IMG/VR virus record: IMGVR_UViG_2529292869_000013
Direction: 5' to 3' (one strand)
DNA: 6,070 bases
Origin: a virus
Taxonomy: Duplodnaviria > Heunggongvirae > Uroviricota > Caudoviricetes
Both the position numbers and the translations under genes were made by a program. A model generated the notes under the pieces. That model was not told the origin of the DNA, did not search any database, and saw only the letters and a list, made by a program, of their open reading frames with translations. How positions within the stretch are numbered: position 1 is the stretch's first letter; each line of letters starts with the position of its first letter. Shown one piece after another: positions 6,052-6,070 of the stretch.

Positions 6052-6070
6052 ATTACCTCCAGACGCGCTG

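Larger units (their letters stand above)
1..6070 (-). mobile_element. Segment of a lambdoid prophage (DUF968 - rusA - Q - cargo - tRNAs - nanS-p order)
   Basis: Gene order and content on the minus strand match the early-late junction of 933W/DLP12-type lambdoid prophages. All supportable genes are co-oriented. No integrase or att site lies in the window, so element boundaries are not visible. Confidence 0.8.

Noticed and set aside
5835-6053. Track ORF 5835..6053 (-), 72 aa, starting at an ATG 4 nt after GGAGGT
   Set aside because: Its ATG has the RBS, but the translation (MCGYYFDLFWFRNSGWW...) is Cys/Trp-rich and implausible, whereas the overlapping 349-aa frame gives a coherent protein. The true start of the long ORF near the window edge remains uncertain.
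1-6070. CRISPR array, IS element or integron features
   Set aside because: No regularly spaced direct repeats, terminal inverted repeats with transposase, or attC-like sites were seen on reading through the window.

Overview
This window reads as the early-late junction of a lambdoid (933W/DLP12-like) prophage from an enterobacterial genome, with every supportable gene on the minus strand. Reading in the direction of transcription (high to low coordinates): a DUF968-like protein, a frameshifted rusA, a short Q antiterminator, a roughly 2.3 kb AT-rich cargo insert, a three-tRNA cluster, a 490 bp gene-free slot with strong terminators, and the 5' part of a NanS-p-like esterase. The cargo insert holds three separately terminated genes: a CPBP/Abi-family intramembrane protease, a small putative winged-helix protein and an AppY/GadX-like AraC regulator. 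No Shiga toxin genes, CRISPR array, IS element or rRNA are present. All product calls come from reading the translations by eye and recalling family motifs; no database search was run.
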